Source of the DNA: Macrostomum lignano
Taxonomy: Eukaryota
NCBI GenBank assembly: GCA_002269645.1
Contig: NIVC01001740.1
Span: 179,160 to 243,159 of the forward strand
Direction: 5' to 3'
DNA: 64,000 bases
Below are positions 22,201 through 36,629 of the stretch, piece by piece. The stretch's first letter is position 1, and each line of letters starts with the position of its first letter. Under the pieces are notes generated by a model, which worked only from the letters and a program-made list of their open reading frames with translations, did not search any database and was not told the origin of the DNA. Both the position numbers and the translations under genes were made by a program.

Positions 22201-23399
22201 CTGTCCTGTGATCAGCTACCTGTCTTTAGACCCTGTCCTGTGATCAGCTACCTGTCTTTAGACCCTGACCTGTGATCAGCTACCTGTCTTTAGACCCTTC
22301 CCGTGATCAGCTACCTGTCTTTAGACTCTCCTATGATCAGCTACATGTCTTTAGACCCTTCCTGTGATCAGCTACCTGTCTTTAGACCCTGTCCTGTGAT
22401 CAGCTACCTGTCTTTAGACCCTGTCCTGTGATCAGTTACCTGTCTTTAGACTCTGACCTGTGATTACGCTACCTGTCTTTAGACCCTTTCCTGTGATCAC
22501 GCTACCTGACTTTAGACCCTTCCTGTGATCAGCTACCTGTCTTTAGACCCTGACCTGTGATCACGCTACCTGTCTTTAGACCCTGTCCTGTGATCAGCTA
22601 CCTGTCTTTAGACCCTGTCCTGTGATCACGCTACCTGTCTTTAGACCCTGACCTGTGATCAGCTACCTGTCTTTAGACCCTGTCCTGTGATCACGCTACC
22701 TGTCTTTAGACCCTTCGTGTGATCACGCTACCTGTCTTTAGACCCTTCGTGTGATCACGCTACCTGTCTTTAGACCCTTCGTGTGATCACGCTACCTGTC
22801 TTTAGACCCTGTCCTGTGATCAGCTACCTGTCTTTAGACCCTGTCCTATGATCCGCTACCTGTCTTTTGACCCTTCCCGTGATCAGCTACCTGTCTTTAG
22901 ACTCTCCTATGATCAGCTACATGTCTTTAGACCCTGTCCTGTGATCACCTACTTGTCTTTAGACCCTGTCCTGTGATCAGCTACCTGTCTTTAGTCCGCA
23001 GTCCCATTTCCAGTGCAAGTCCCAGTCCCAGCCCCAGTCCCGCACCCTGTCCTGCAGCTCAGCTGGTGGCGAGTGCTTGGGCCCAATGAGCCGGACCAGC
23101 TCATCCAGCAGGTCACGCTTGCCAGCGAGCTGCGCGTGAAACCTGGGCCCACAGGACTGGACGCAGGCCTCCAGCAAGTCCAGGCAGTGATCTGCCGCGC
23201 GAAAATCGCGCGCCGATGAAACAGCGCTAAGCCGCTTGCGAAGAGCGCGCGCCACCTCTTTTGGCGCATCGTCGGTGCTCTTGGCGAACTGAACAATGCT
23301 GGCTGACAGGGTTGGGTCAGAGCTGCTTAGCGAGCCATTTGTGGCCCTGTCAACCAGTATCTGGATCTGGTTGCTAACACTGCTGCTGTTGCGTTTCAT
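19241..23399 (-). CDS. TOM1: TOM1/TOM1L2-like VHS-GAT endosomal adaptor, ~417 aa, 3 exons
   Basis: Exons 23399-23046, 21648-21133 and 19624-19241, all phase 0. VHS domain (LVDRAT...LDLLEACVQSCGPRFH...QDRVLQLLMSWSDTF), GAT domain (KLKSDVDQV...MQQRVMELLGQLSSESVLSELLRVNDELN), NLIDL clathrin-box-like motif and EMESW C-terminal motif. Confidence 0.9.
19803..20295. mobile_element. Foldback/MULE-like MITE with tandem subterminal ~19-bp repeats (aaatatcataaacc..)
   Basis: Repeats are direct on the left and inverted at the right end; G-rich termini; near-identical 9-bp flanks ATTCGCGGG / ATTCGCAGG. Confidence 0.6.
20296..20490 (-). mobile_element. Diverged 3' fragment related to SINE family A
   Basis: The minus strand contains cccccaaggcacag..gtacatgcct and a 3' segment similar to 306-665. 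Confidence 0.5.
20830..21110. repeat. ~20-bp minisatellite (ccccatgacctcataaatc) in TOM1 intron 2
   Basis: Tandem repeats next to the exon 2 donor. Confidence 0.9.
21680..22994. repeat. 32-bp minisatellite (ctgtcctgtgatcagctacctgtctttagacc), ~40 copies, filling TOM1 intron 1
   Basis: Tandem array seen directly. Confidence 0.97.
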
Positions 23400-24147
23400 G
23401 GCTTATTCAGCATGCAAGAAATTGTTTGCAAAATAACTACTTATAGTAGTTTGCTTCTGATCATTTTTAACTCAATTGCTATCTAGCATACTGAATATCA
23501 AAAATTTTAAACTTATCAATCTTGCTTATATTAGCCTTTTTGACAATAAAGGTTTGTTTCTACAAGTTGCAAGACTTGTTAGTATAGACCCTTAAATATT
23601 TCTTATTGTAGTAGATCTGACTATAGCAATCTTGAACAATTCAAATTTGTGAAATAAAAGAGACAAAAATATTACAAATCTATTTTGATATTATTGGCTA
23701 AATTTTTACTATGTTTTAAAGTAGTTTTTGCATTTTGCATTAATTAATATTGATTAGGCTAATATATGTAATTTGAAATTATATATTTTAGGCCCTAACT
23801 TAGCCTACTAAGTATTAGTTAAACTGAAACTATAAATCAACTTAACTTACTAGGGCCTGCCCCCCTGCCTAGCCTTGGGCAAAGACCTGAAAGAAATCAA
23901 AGGGAGACCAAGTGCATTTTGGCCAAAAAATAGAGCCACCTCCTCTGCCCCCTTGGGTCTTTACATTCTAGAATCTAACCCCCTCTTTAATAAACTTCTA
24001 GGACATTGAACTTAACAAAAAAATCCTACTTTTCAAGCATGGATAAAAATATTGTAATTACCTAGTTGCACAGCTAACTAGGCTTAGCAAAGCATTTAGA
24101 TTGGAATTTTCAACAATATAATTGCTATTGAATATAGTAGGCCTAGT

Positions 24148-24770
24148 TAGGGTATAAGACCAATATGGCCACACACCAAGATGGCCACAACATTGATCTC
24201 TTTGTCTGTTCTCTCTTTTTATCATTAATTAGCAACATAGTAGCTATTATTATATTAGTTATTATGTTTAATCAATCATATTCATAAATATTGATGCAAT
24301 AGGCCTAATAGATTTGAAACTAATTACCTATAATACAAAAACTTTAATCTTTTTCAGTGTTTATGCCCATTTATTCCCTATCATTACATCTATCAAATCT
24401 ATCACTATCTGTTTATTAGGAAACCATTGCTACCTACTAGTAATGCTATACAAAAATTAAGATGAATATACAACAAGGCAAGGTATTTATTTTGTGCTAG
24501 GCTACTTGCTTAGTGTAGTGAATAAATAATAAATATATATATTTATATAGGTCAAGCTATAATAAAAGCTAAAGCCAAAGGAATGACTATAAATATAATA
24601 TAGGGGCCTAATATAATACAATTCCAATATAGCATCTTTTTAGCATCTATTTCTCTAATTATTACCAATAGGAAATAAGTGAAATATATAGACCTGGGCT
24701 TATTATTATCTATTTAGACACTTAGAGCTGTGGCCATCTTGGTGTGTGGCCATCTTGGTCATGCACCCTA
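24148..24770. mobile_element. hAT-like MITE remnant
   Basis: Inverted ends TAGGGT...GACCAAGATGGCCACACACCAAGATGGCCACA; TAGGG termini; TSD not recognisable. Confidence 0.55.
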
Positions 24771-25542
24771 GATAGGCTCTAGCCATTAAGACAAAACACA
24801 AAGTATCAATTCTCAGATAGATAGGCCCTAGGGATAGGCCTATATTTAACATAAATGACTACTACGAGGCATAAAAATAAAATTATAATTCTCAAATTAG
24901 TTTCAAACATTTTAGTACATTGATTTTATAAATTATTCAAAAATGTTTCTATGCTAGTTACAGCAAACACTAATATTTGCAGTAACCTATTAAACATGAG
25001 GATGAGAGCAGCTATGCCTATTGTAAGATTTTTTGTTTTCTTTGATGATGAGTAGGCTGCTGTCTGATGGTTTTGATAAAAAAGCGTTAAGCACGATTTA
25101 AGTTAGGCCTAATGTTGTGCTAATAAATACAATAGATTTTCCATATTAAATTATTAAAATTAACTACATCTCTGCATAAAATTCAAACGAAGAGTTTTGG
25201 GTTGGACTTAATAAGTTATTTACGACCTAAATAATTTGTGATAGAATAAAGTGACACTTCGGTGGGCCTATAATGACTTGGAATTAGGGCCTAATAACTG
25301 ACTTTGTCTTTGGAACTTAGAATTTCTTGTAAAACCTTCGTTCATCGAAAACTGAAATTCCAAGATGACTCAGCTAGACCGTGGTTACCGATATTTATAA
25401 AAAACCTCGTTTTTGTTCTTCAGCTGCGTACAATCATACATCATACGAGCGTACATGATTGGCTTAGATATTTCTCGTCAGATCTCTAGATACGGTAATT
25501 AAACTATTACTTAATCTGGCAAAGGGTACGTTCGAGTAGCTT

Positions 25543-27818
25543 ACAACAACAACAACAAAGTACTCTGTCGGGTGGAAAAAAGCAGCGTCACAGACTCACA
25601 GGGCACGCTTCAGAGCCTGGGCGCGAACAAAGGCCGCACCACGCGAACAAAGTCCGGGGCGCCAGCGTCGGCAGCAGGCAGTCGAGGAAACACCTAGTTC
25701 GGGCCTGACCGCGCCGGTAGGGTGCCTGCAGCATTAGCAGCAGCACCTGCTGCACCGGCTGCGGGCAGTAGGACTCGGCGCGGATGATGTGGCCTGCCAG
25801 CTGGAGTCGCCGAAGTCGCAGAAGTTCATTTGGACGGGCCAGGCCGGCGTGGCGATAGAGTGCCGCTTTAGTGATCCGCTCGTCGCTGATCTTAAATTCG
25901 GCGCGCAGCAGGCCAGAGTGCGCCGCGTTGACTTGCTGTTCGAGCGAATCCGTCAGCGTCCAGGTCTCGGCGTTGTACAACAGGACGGTCTCGACCACCG
26001 CCTGGAACAGCGCCGCCCTTTGCCGGTGAGGTCGGGCCTCGGACTGCAGGACCACCCTCACAGAGCGAAAGGCAGCCCAAGCGAACCCGCGGCGACGCCG
26101 CAGATCTTCGCGGACGTCAGGTACCAGACCGCCGAGGTAGACGAACTGCTGACAGCGCGGAAACTCCGTTACCTGCCCACCAGCGCCTCGGCAGAAAATT
26201 GCGGCCTCTATGTCGCCCGGCACGCAGAGCACAACGGTCTTCTTCGTGTTGACCACCAGGCCGAGGCTCGCTGCAGCGCTAACCAACTTGTCCAGCTGGC
26301 GCTGGGCGCCCTCTACGGTCGAGGACAGCAGGGCGAGGTCATCGTCGTAGCCAAGCACGCTGAGCCGTTTCTCCGGTTGACGTCGACCCACGCGTCGCCG
26401 CAGTAGGAAGCCGTCTTCGTCGGTAGGAAAAGCAGTTCGTAGCACCCAGTCAAGCACCAGGACGAACAGGAATGGCGCTAGAGTGTCCCCCTAGAGCACC
26501 CCGGAGGATGTCTCGAAGGAGTCCGACAGGCCGTCCGGCGTCATCACAGCTGCTCTCGTAGCACAGTACAACGCCATTATGGCGGAGGTCAGCTGTTCTG
26601 GTACATGATACGCACGGAGCACATGTGGGAGTGCAGCCCTCGCAACCGAGTCGAATGCCTTCATGAAGTCAATGAAGACAACAATCAGGTCCAACTGGCG
26701 CGTGCGCGCCTCCTCGATTATTTGGCGAAGAGCTAGGATCTGCGCCACTGTGCCACGGTGGAGCCGAAACCCGTTCTGCTCAGGTCGCAGGTAGAGATCC
26801 AGCACGGGTTGCAACCGCGATAGCAGCATCCGGTTGAACAATTTCGCAGCACAGGATTGCAGGCAGATGCCTCGGTGCTCGTCTAGCCGTGTAGTACCCG
26901 GCTTTTTTGGAATGGCGATGATGTGCGCCATGGTCCACTCGGTGGGTGCCATTTCACCGGAGAGCACGCGGTTCATCACTGGAGAGAGGCGACCTCACTG
27001 GCCACACAGTGGATGCGCAGCGCCTCGATGGGCACCTCGTCCGGACCCAGCGCCTTACCGCCCGGCGTCTTCTGGGCGAGCGTCTTCTGGGAGGACTTCA
27101 GCCATGGTGACTGGTGCAACGTTAAAACTGTCCTCTGACGGCAACGGCGTCTCTAGCGGCAGCGTCAGGATGTTGGGCAGCTGGGGTGGCTGTCGCGTTG
27201 ACAATGGCGGCGAAGAACTCGCGCAGCTCGTTCCTGCGCTCATCCGCAGTATCGCCTGCCAGATTCAGTTGGATGCGCCGCTTCCGCCCTGTCAGAGCAT
27301 TAATGGCGGACCAGGCCACGCGCCCTCTGGCGTCGGGTCCAGCGGCAGAGACGGCCTGGACAACTTTATCAACTGCGGCCTGCTGCCGCTGCAGATAGAC
27401 AGACGCCAGAGCCTCCTCCGCCTCGCGAGTAGGTCGCCTGCTCAGACGGAGCTTCTCCAGATATTCCCTCGCTTGCTGAATCGCGGGGTCGTCCTGCCAG
27501 ACCGGCTGCCCACGCTGGGCCGGTCGCATCAACGGGACCGCTTGTTCCGTGGCGGCTCGTACTGCGGCGCTCACTTCCGCGTACTCGGCACCTCCACGCT
27601 TGCCGCCGAGCGCAGTGATGAAGGCGCTAGCAAAGGGGCAGTGCGTTCCGGCGTCTTTGAGAGCGCGGTAGTAGCGCCGCAGTGGCCGCTTCAGCAGACG
27701 GTAGAGCGGATCGCGTAGCTCGAGGTCGCAGATGAGAAGCCGATGATCGGACCGCAGGGCCAGCGGCGTGATGGTGCGGCAGTTGACAGCGCGGTGGCAA
27801 AAGCACGTGGTCGATCTG
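25543..27818 (-). mobile_element. RTE-like non-LTR retrotransposon, 5'-truncated and pseudogenised (APE end + RT)
   Basis: APE C-terminus (QIDHVL...SDHRLL); RT motifs (IPKKPG, RGICL, EQNGFR, FIDFMKAFDSV, GVL*GD at 26491, YDDD, FVYLG); (TTG)n 3' tail; frameshifts. Confidence 0.9.
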
Positions 27819-28088
27819 TGCTAGCCTCCGCGTAGCAAACCGGCTGCGCGCGTTCCGCCGCCTCCGTTTGCAGCCCTTTGCAGCCCTAAAAAGAGTAGCT
27901 TAGGGCCTAAAACAGCTTATAATGACTTAAAATGATTTTAAGCGCTGTTGGATGCTAAATTCTTATGTACACGTACCTAGACGTGAATCGCAAACTAGTA
28001 TATAGCGAAACGCATACCTCTTCCAGCAGCTACAGAAAAATTTATAGTAGCTCTTAGTGTATAGTAGAGAAAGTTAGGATTATGATCG

Positions 28089-28620
28089 AGCAACAACAAC
28101 CACATCAACAACTACAGCAGCCTGGACAAGCCAAGCTGGGTTGCTGTCAGAAAGCGCTCGCGTGCAGAGTTGCGCAGAACGCAGCGAGTCCGCGAGGGTC
28201 AGAAGTCTCAGCTAGCGTCTCTTAGAAGCAGGTCCACGAAACGCAGACTTCTTGCCTGACCATAGACGCCGAACGGCCCAGGAAGGGATAGCATCAGCAC
28301 ATCCTGAAGCGGCTCGGGGCAGTACGTCTCTGCTCTGCTCGGATGACGTCGCCAGCCAGCTTAGCTATATAAAGGCGCCCCGGATGCGCAGCAGCTAGCT
28401 GGCTGGGTCGGGAGAGCTGGGCTCGTCGGTATAGCACTCGTCATTGCAGGTGGTGGTGGCGGTCGGCGAGTAGTGAACACCGAAGGCGGCTCGCAGAAGT
28501 CGAGCGTGAGCGGCGTCGAGTTGCCGCGATCCTAGCCTGCGGGCCGGTCAGTGTTCACGTGTTTCAGCATTGTAAAGGAGGACGCGGTTTCTATATGACT
28601 GCCTGGGGAACAGCCGCCCT
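28089..28620 (-). mobile_element. Highly diverged 3' fragment of the same RTE-like family
   Basis: VLLYNAET motif, remnants of the ETYCPEP/APYR region and a (CAA)n tail at about 28090. Confidence 0.6.
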
Positions 28621-29439
28621 CTCTCAGCCGATCCGGCAGCGCGGGGCACTGCAGGACGTACTATAGATCTCAGCTGAGAGGTCGCCGTCGGTACGATCAG
28701 CACCATTGTCTTTTTGGTGCTGACTAATTTACGAGCGTATATACATGTACTGTACTCGTACATGTGGGGAATTTTCGCCCGAAATCGGGGTGCCAAATTA
28801 TATTAATCAATTAGACTATAGAGAATGCGAATTTCAAAAACTCTAAGCTGTACTATTAGTAATAGTGCGCTCACCAAACTAAAAAGTTGCGTCCTGCCGA
28901 TAGTAAACACATATGTAAAATGAACAAATTCTAAGAAACGAATAAGTCGCCTGCGCACTCTCTGCAGCTTCTACAGAATGCGATGAAGTCGAAAGATTGC
29001 ATTGTGTATCTCCATGTAAAAAAACGGCGGCTTATTAAAATAACCAAAAACTTTTGATTGACAAACAGCAGCCCTCAGACGACCCATGAAATGCAGTTAC
29101 GCACTCGCGTCTTAATTCCTTCGGGTCCTGCAGGCCGTGCAGACATCCAAATTATACACGTATAGCAGCTGCTGCTCTCTTATTGAAAAAAAGTACATAA
29201 TCGATGTACTTTTATTTACCGGCCTTTCTAACCACTGAATTGAAAGTCGAAAATTTGTTTTAAAAGGTCATCTTTTAAAAGCTTTCTGTATTTTCCATGC
29301 TACAGCTGCAGCAATATTTGCATTAGAAATCATTCATTACACTCGCCGATCCTGCCATTTTCAGTGCAGCCAGAAATTTTTCTAAAAATGCACAAGTTAC
29401 AAAGAGACTCATTAAAATACTCGATAGGGGAATTGCGCC

Positions 29440-31030
29440 TCTGTCTCTTGATGGGCGCCACTGTCCTTTGTTGGGCGCCACTGTCTCTTAATAAGTGCCA
29501 TACTGTCTCTTGATGGGCGCCATACTGTCTTTTGATGGGCGCCACTGCTCTTGATGGGCGCCCCTGTCTCTTGATGGGCGCCACTGTCTCTTGATGGGCG
29601 CCATACTGTCTCTTGATGGGCGCCACTGTCTCTTGATGGGCGCAATACTGTCTCTTGATGGGCGCCACTGTCTCTTGATGGGCGCCACTGTCTCTTGATG
29701 GGCGCCACTGTCTCTTGATCGGCGCCATACTGTCTCTTGATGGGCGCCACTGTCTCTTGATGGGCGCCACTGTCTCTTGATGGGCGCCATACTGTCTCTT
29801 GATGGGCGCCACTGTCTCTTGATGGGCGCCACTGTCTCTTGATGGGCGCCATACTGCTGTCTCTTGATGGGCGCCACTGTCTCTTGATGGGCGCCATACT
29901 GTCTCTTGATGGGCGCCACTGTCTCTTGATGGGCGCCACTGTCTCTTGATGGGCGCCAGACTGTCTCTTGATGGGCGCCAGACTGTCTCTTGATGGGCGC
30001 CACTGTCTCTTGATGGGCGCCACTGTCTCTTGATGGGCGCCACTGTCTCTTGATGGGCGCCAGACTGTCTCTTGATGGGCGCCACTGTCTCTTGATGGGC
30101 GCCACTGTCTCTTGATGGGCGCCACTGTCTCTTGATGGGCGCCACTGTCTCTTGATGGGCGCCACTGTTCTTGATGGGGCGCCACTGTCTCTTGGTGGGC
30201 GCCACTGTCTTTTGGTGGGCGCCACTGTCTCTTAATGGGCGCCATACTGTCTCTTAATGGGCGCCATACTGTCTCTTGATGGGCGCCACTGTCTCTTGAT
30301 TGGCGCCATACTGTCTCTTGATGGGCGCCACTGTCTCTTGATGGGCGCCATACTGTCTCTTGATGGGCGCCACTGTCTCTTGATGGGCGCCACTGTCTCT
30401 TGATGGGCGCCACTGTCTCTTGATGGGCGCCACTGTCTCTTGATGGGCGCCATACTGTCTCTTGATGGGCGCCACTGTCTCTTGATGGGCGCCACTGTCT
30501 CTTGATGGGCGCCACTGTCTCTTGATGGGCGCCACTGTGTCTCTTGATGGGCGCCACTGTCTCTTGATGGGCGCCACTGTCTCTTGATGGGCGCCACTGT
30601 CTCTTGATGGGCGCCAGACTGTCTCTTGATGGGCGCCATACTGTCTCTTGATGGGCGCCACTGTTCTTGATGGGGCGCCACTGTCTCTTGGTGGGCGCCA
30701 CTGTCTTTTGGTGGGCGCCACTGTCTCTTAATGGGCGCCATACTGTCTCTTGATGGGCGCCATACTGTCTCTTGATGGGCGCCACTGTCTCTTGATGGGC
30801 GCCACTGTCTCTTGATGGGCGCCAGACTGTCTCTTGATGGGCGCCAGACTGTCTCTTGATGGGCGCCAGACTGTCTCTTGATGGGCGCCACTGTCTCTTG
30901 ATGGGCGCCACTGTCTCTTGATGGGCGCCACTGTCTCTTGATGGGCGCCACTGTCTCTTGATGGGCGCCACTGTCTCTTGATGGGCGCCACTGTCTCTTG
31001 ATGGGCGCCACTGTCTCTTGATGGGCGCCT
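29440..31030. repeat. 20/22-bp minisatellite (ctgtctcttgatgggcgcca) with higher-order duplications
   Basis: Tandem array; the variant block near 30160-30260 recurs near 30660-30760. Confidence 0.97.
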
Positions 31031-31555
31031 CTGTGTACCATGTGAATTTAATTAAACGGCCAGGAAATCAACTCAGCAAAACATGCACTGCATGGGAAGA
31101 TGAATCTCTATAAGAGCTGAAAGCAAGAGACTATCATAGCCTGACTAAGCACAATGATCAGTTCTTCATCTGCAGCGGTGCAGCCAAAAACTGCAGCTCT
31201 AATAATATACAGCTAATCATAGATTGGGTCTAAAATAATTTATAAAATTCCCCCATCTGTGGAGCTGATCTTGGCTTTAGAGGGAATCGTATTTATAAAT
31301 ATAGCCAGCATTTTCCATTCCCAGGGTGCCTTGCCTTGGACACGAGACCTTGCAGGATGTACAGCTTATAAACACAATGTCAAGTAACTTCATTAGGAAG
31401 CTGGGCAGCTGAAGACGCAGCATGCGGGGCTTTCGAAATTCCATTACTGTACGAGTGTCAGTCGGTATCGTGTGTAGCAGTGCCTGTTTACTGTCTGTTT
31501 GTGCCTGTTTAGGTGCCTACTTTAGTCTTTGTGCCTGTCTGTCTTCCTGCCTGTG

Positions 31556-32015
<460 letters not shown>

Positions 32016-32380
32016 CTTCCTCCAAAGAGCCTATTCGCTACTATTACAATGGCTGCATTGAAAGAGTATTTTTGTCACGCATCAAGAAGTCATCCGAACA
32101 AAAGAATGAATACGAGAAATTCTAGCTAAAGACTATTCACTGTTTTGTTAAAAAAACGATCCAAGGCAGCTGCGACTTGGGCCAAGAAGAAGAGTTGCAG
32201 TTTAGAATGCCTTGTCACTGCAAGCAGGGTCTCAGCAGACTCATCTTCCAGAGCTTTGCTCTTCATTGCCCAGCAACCAGGTCCTCAACCTCAACCCAAG
32301 CGAAAATTTAACCAGCTCGTAGCTACTGCCAACTCTTTTCCCTCCCAAGGTTTCTCTCCCACTTCTCCAAAGCAGCTCTA

Positions 32381-34365
32381 GTGCAAATGGCAATGGCCCA
32401 AGCATTGACTTATGGTTTTATATGCGCTGTCATGGCAACCGTTGTGGCCGCAGACTCCGGCTGGAAACTCCAGCGAGGCGACCTCGCCGAGTACCGGGTG
32501 CTGAAGGTGAAGCTGGCCATCAGCGACATTCACTGTACGATGCTTGCTGAGAACGCGGATGCCGTCCGCTTCGACGCGGCCTCGGGCTCCTGCTCGCTGC
32601 TGTCCTGCAGTCGGGGAGCGATGGACGCCTGCAGGAAGTGCCGGCACGCCAGCGACTCCAGCCTGCCTCAGCTGTGGGTGAGTGAGGGCGGGGAGATTGT
32701 AGATTGAAGTTTAAATGGAACATCTGAGGGTCAAAACTCAAATTTGATAGGGTACTGTCTCACAGTCTGAGGTCAGCTAGCAGCAACAGTGTGCTCTGAG
32801 GCTGAAATGTCAGAAATCTATATCCCGAGAACCACCTATAGCGAAAGTTTTTATAAAATCCCAGAATCGGCGTTTTTGAGCACGAGCGACTTTCGTCACC
32901 ATGACAACCAGCTTGTCGTGTCGCTGGTACAAAAGTTTTGAAAAAAGAACAGTGTTACAGAAAAACAGCCTGTCCTCTACGGTAGCCAGCTGCAGCCATA
33001 AACTGGCGCGTTAGTGACTCGCTCGTCGCTGATGTTGAAAGTGGCTCGGAATCGCCTCGGAATCGTCCGTCTCTGACGAAGGGAGCACGAGAATTTCCCG
33101 CAGAAGGTTTTCCCACCGCGATTTCCCCCGCCGAGATTTCCCCCGCCGAGATTTACCCCGCCGAGATTTCCCCCGCCGAGATTTCCCCCGCCGAGATTTC
33201 CCCCGCCGAGATTTTCCCACGGCGAGGTTTTCCCGCAGGGTTTCTACAGTCGGAATTTCAAGTCAGATTCCAGTCTATAGACAGTGCTGGACTAGATTAG
33301 AACTAACCTAGACTAGATTAAAAACTAGACTAGATTAGAACTAGACTAGACTATCTGTAGATTTCATATCCAATTGGATTTGACTTGAAATTCCGACTGT
33401 AAAAACTCTCGCGGTAAAACCTCGCCACGGGAAAATCTTGGCGGGGAAATCTCGACAGGAAAAGTTCGGCGGGAAAAGTTCGGCGGGCACACCTTAGCGC
33501 GAAAACTTCCTGCGGTAAATTCTCATAGACCCTCTGACGATCTGGTAGAGCCTTGGAAGTAAAACGTGTGCGCATCTATTCGAAGTATTTGAGCAAGCTT
33601 GCAAATAGTCGTCGCACGGGTGAGGGCGGAGCAGCTCATCGGTAATCGGCATAGCGGCGATAGGGTGTCCGCAGCCCTCCTTGAAGTTGTTTTGTAATAT
33701 AGCTGCTTATGTGCACTTGGAAACTTTTAAAGTAAATATTGGAGAAGTTTGATCCGGAGAAACAAATGCAGCACTTGCTTACTTGCGCTTGCAGATGAGG
33801 AAGCCGGTGAAGTGTTGGACGACCTTCCAGCACAGAGTCGACGGCTCCGTCAACTTCAACAGGAACTGGGCGGATTATGCAAGCGGATTCGGTCAGGGCG
33901 AGAGTCTGAACTACTGGATAGGACTGGAGCAGCTGCACCAGCTCACCGCCACTGGATTGTGGAGAGTCCGGTGGGAGTTCAGCGACTGGAATGGCACCTG
34001 GTACTGGGCTGAGAATGCTCCGTTCTCTGTTGGCCCAGCGACCGATAAGTACAGGTGCTCGATGGGACCGCTGGACGCGAGCAGGTCGAATGTCGGACAG
34101 CGGGCCGATTTGGACCTGTCGCCGAACAACTGGCAGTTCAGCACACCGGACTCCGACAAATGACAACTGGAGCGGTGGCAGCTGCTGTCAGGAAAGGTCC
34201 GCTGGCTGGTGGTACGGCCGCTGCTCATCCATGGACCCGAACGGAGTCTACAGGGAATTTCCCAACGTTTACACCAGAGGACTTTACTACCTGCTGAATA
34301 ACCCCGGAACCGTGTTCGTTGTATTGTACTCCATGAAGACTTTTGAGTGCCTGATAATAAACTGA
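32381..34365 (+). pseudogene. Secreted signal peptide + PAN-like + fibrinogen C-terminal (FReD) gene with a 1-nt frameshift (pseudogene or sequencing indel)
   Basis: Exon 1 32381-32677 (leader, Cys motif, GTGAGT donor) and exon 2 from 33796 (ttgcag acceptor), both phase 0. FReD motifs WTTFQHRVDGSVNFNRNWADYASGFG, YWIGLEQLHQLT and FSTPDSD; DNDNW...CC...GWWYGRC continues in the +1 frame after the AAA at 34158-34160. Stop at 34365. Confidence 0.8.
33081..33532. mobile_element. MULE-like MITE in the FReD gene intron
   Basis: GGG..GAGAATT TIRs, 15-bp subterminal repeats (gagatttcccccgcc) inverted between the arms, and a TCTGACGA(A/T) target duplication on both sides. Confidence 0.75.
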
Positions 34366-34371
34366 GACAGC

Positions 34372-35897
<1,526 letters not shown>

Positions 35898-36629
35898 GCA
35901 ATACACAATGCTATCAACTTATTTTTTTCTCTAAAATCTGCAGAAAAAACTGCGCCACCAGTCCTGTACTAATCGATCAAGTTCTCGATGTTTACAATGG
36001 TTTGTCAGTTAAAAACCAGAAGAAACACAGTCTGCAGCACTGCACATGTGAGCCAGAGGACCACTTCAAGCCCCCTCGATATAAGGATGTTCAAACGTGC
36101 AGTTTTTAGAGACTTTTAGAAAATAGTTTTTTGCTAAAATGAATCGCATATAAATATACAGGATAATGTTTTAGGAGAAGCCTGCAGATATATATTTGCT
36201 GATTTCAAATGTTAACTCTATACGGTTCATTCAAGCCGGAAAAATACCCAGGGTCTAAGCGGCGATTAAAAATGAAAAAAATACTCGTAAAATTTATTTT
36301 ATGAGAAGATGAGCTGCGGGGCAGAGCTTAGCAGGGAAGGGAATGGAGTCGCTACAGCTGAGCAGGCTAAGCTGATAGGAAAAGTGCAGACTGCCTCAAC
36401 TGCTACCGGTGTGCCGCACTCAGACTGGAGAGTCTTGCGGTGACTAACGCAGACGGGCATCTTTAATTCACTGAGGGCTTCGCTAATTTACTTTTCTCCC
36501 TATAGGGCGTGCAGCAAGATGCCAGCGCAGCTTCTCTGCCAGCTGTGCGCCTCAGCAGCTGCTCTGAGAGGCCATTAATGCGAAATTCAATACGGCAGCA
36601 TCAGCTCTCTGCTCACATTCCTGTCTGCT

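Noticed and set aside
21680-22994. Regular 30-33-bp arrays (also 51188-52310, 53040-54835, 59620-60950) as possible CRISPR arrays
   Set aside because: Head-to-tail repeats without unique spacers, no cas genes, eukaryotic intronic context.
26834-27718. 294-aa plus-strand ORF and other antisense ORFs over the RTE, Gypsy and syntrophin
   Set aside because: Shadow ORFs of GC-rich coding sequence on the opposite strand.
29330-31041. Multiple APIKRQWRPSRDS ORFs
   Set aside because: Artefacts of the 20/22-bp minisatellite.
34158-34163. Programmed +1 frameshift in the FReD gene
   Set aside because: No stimulatory element is visible and a homopolymer indel is far more parsimonious; kept only as a read-level check.
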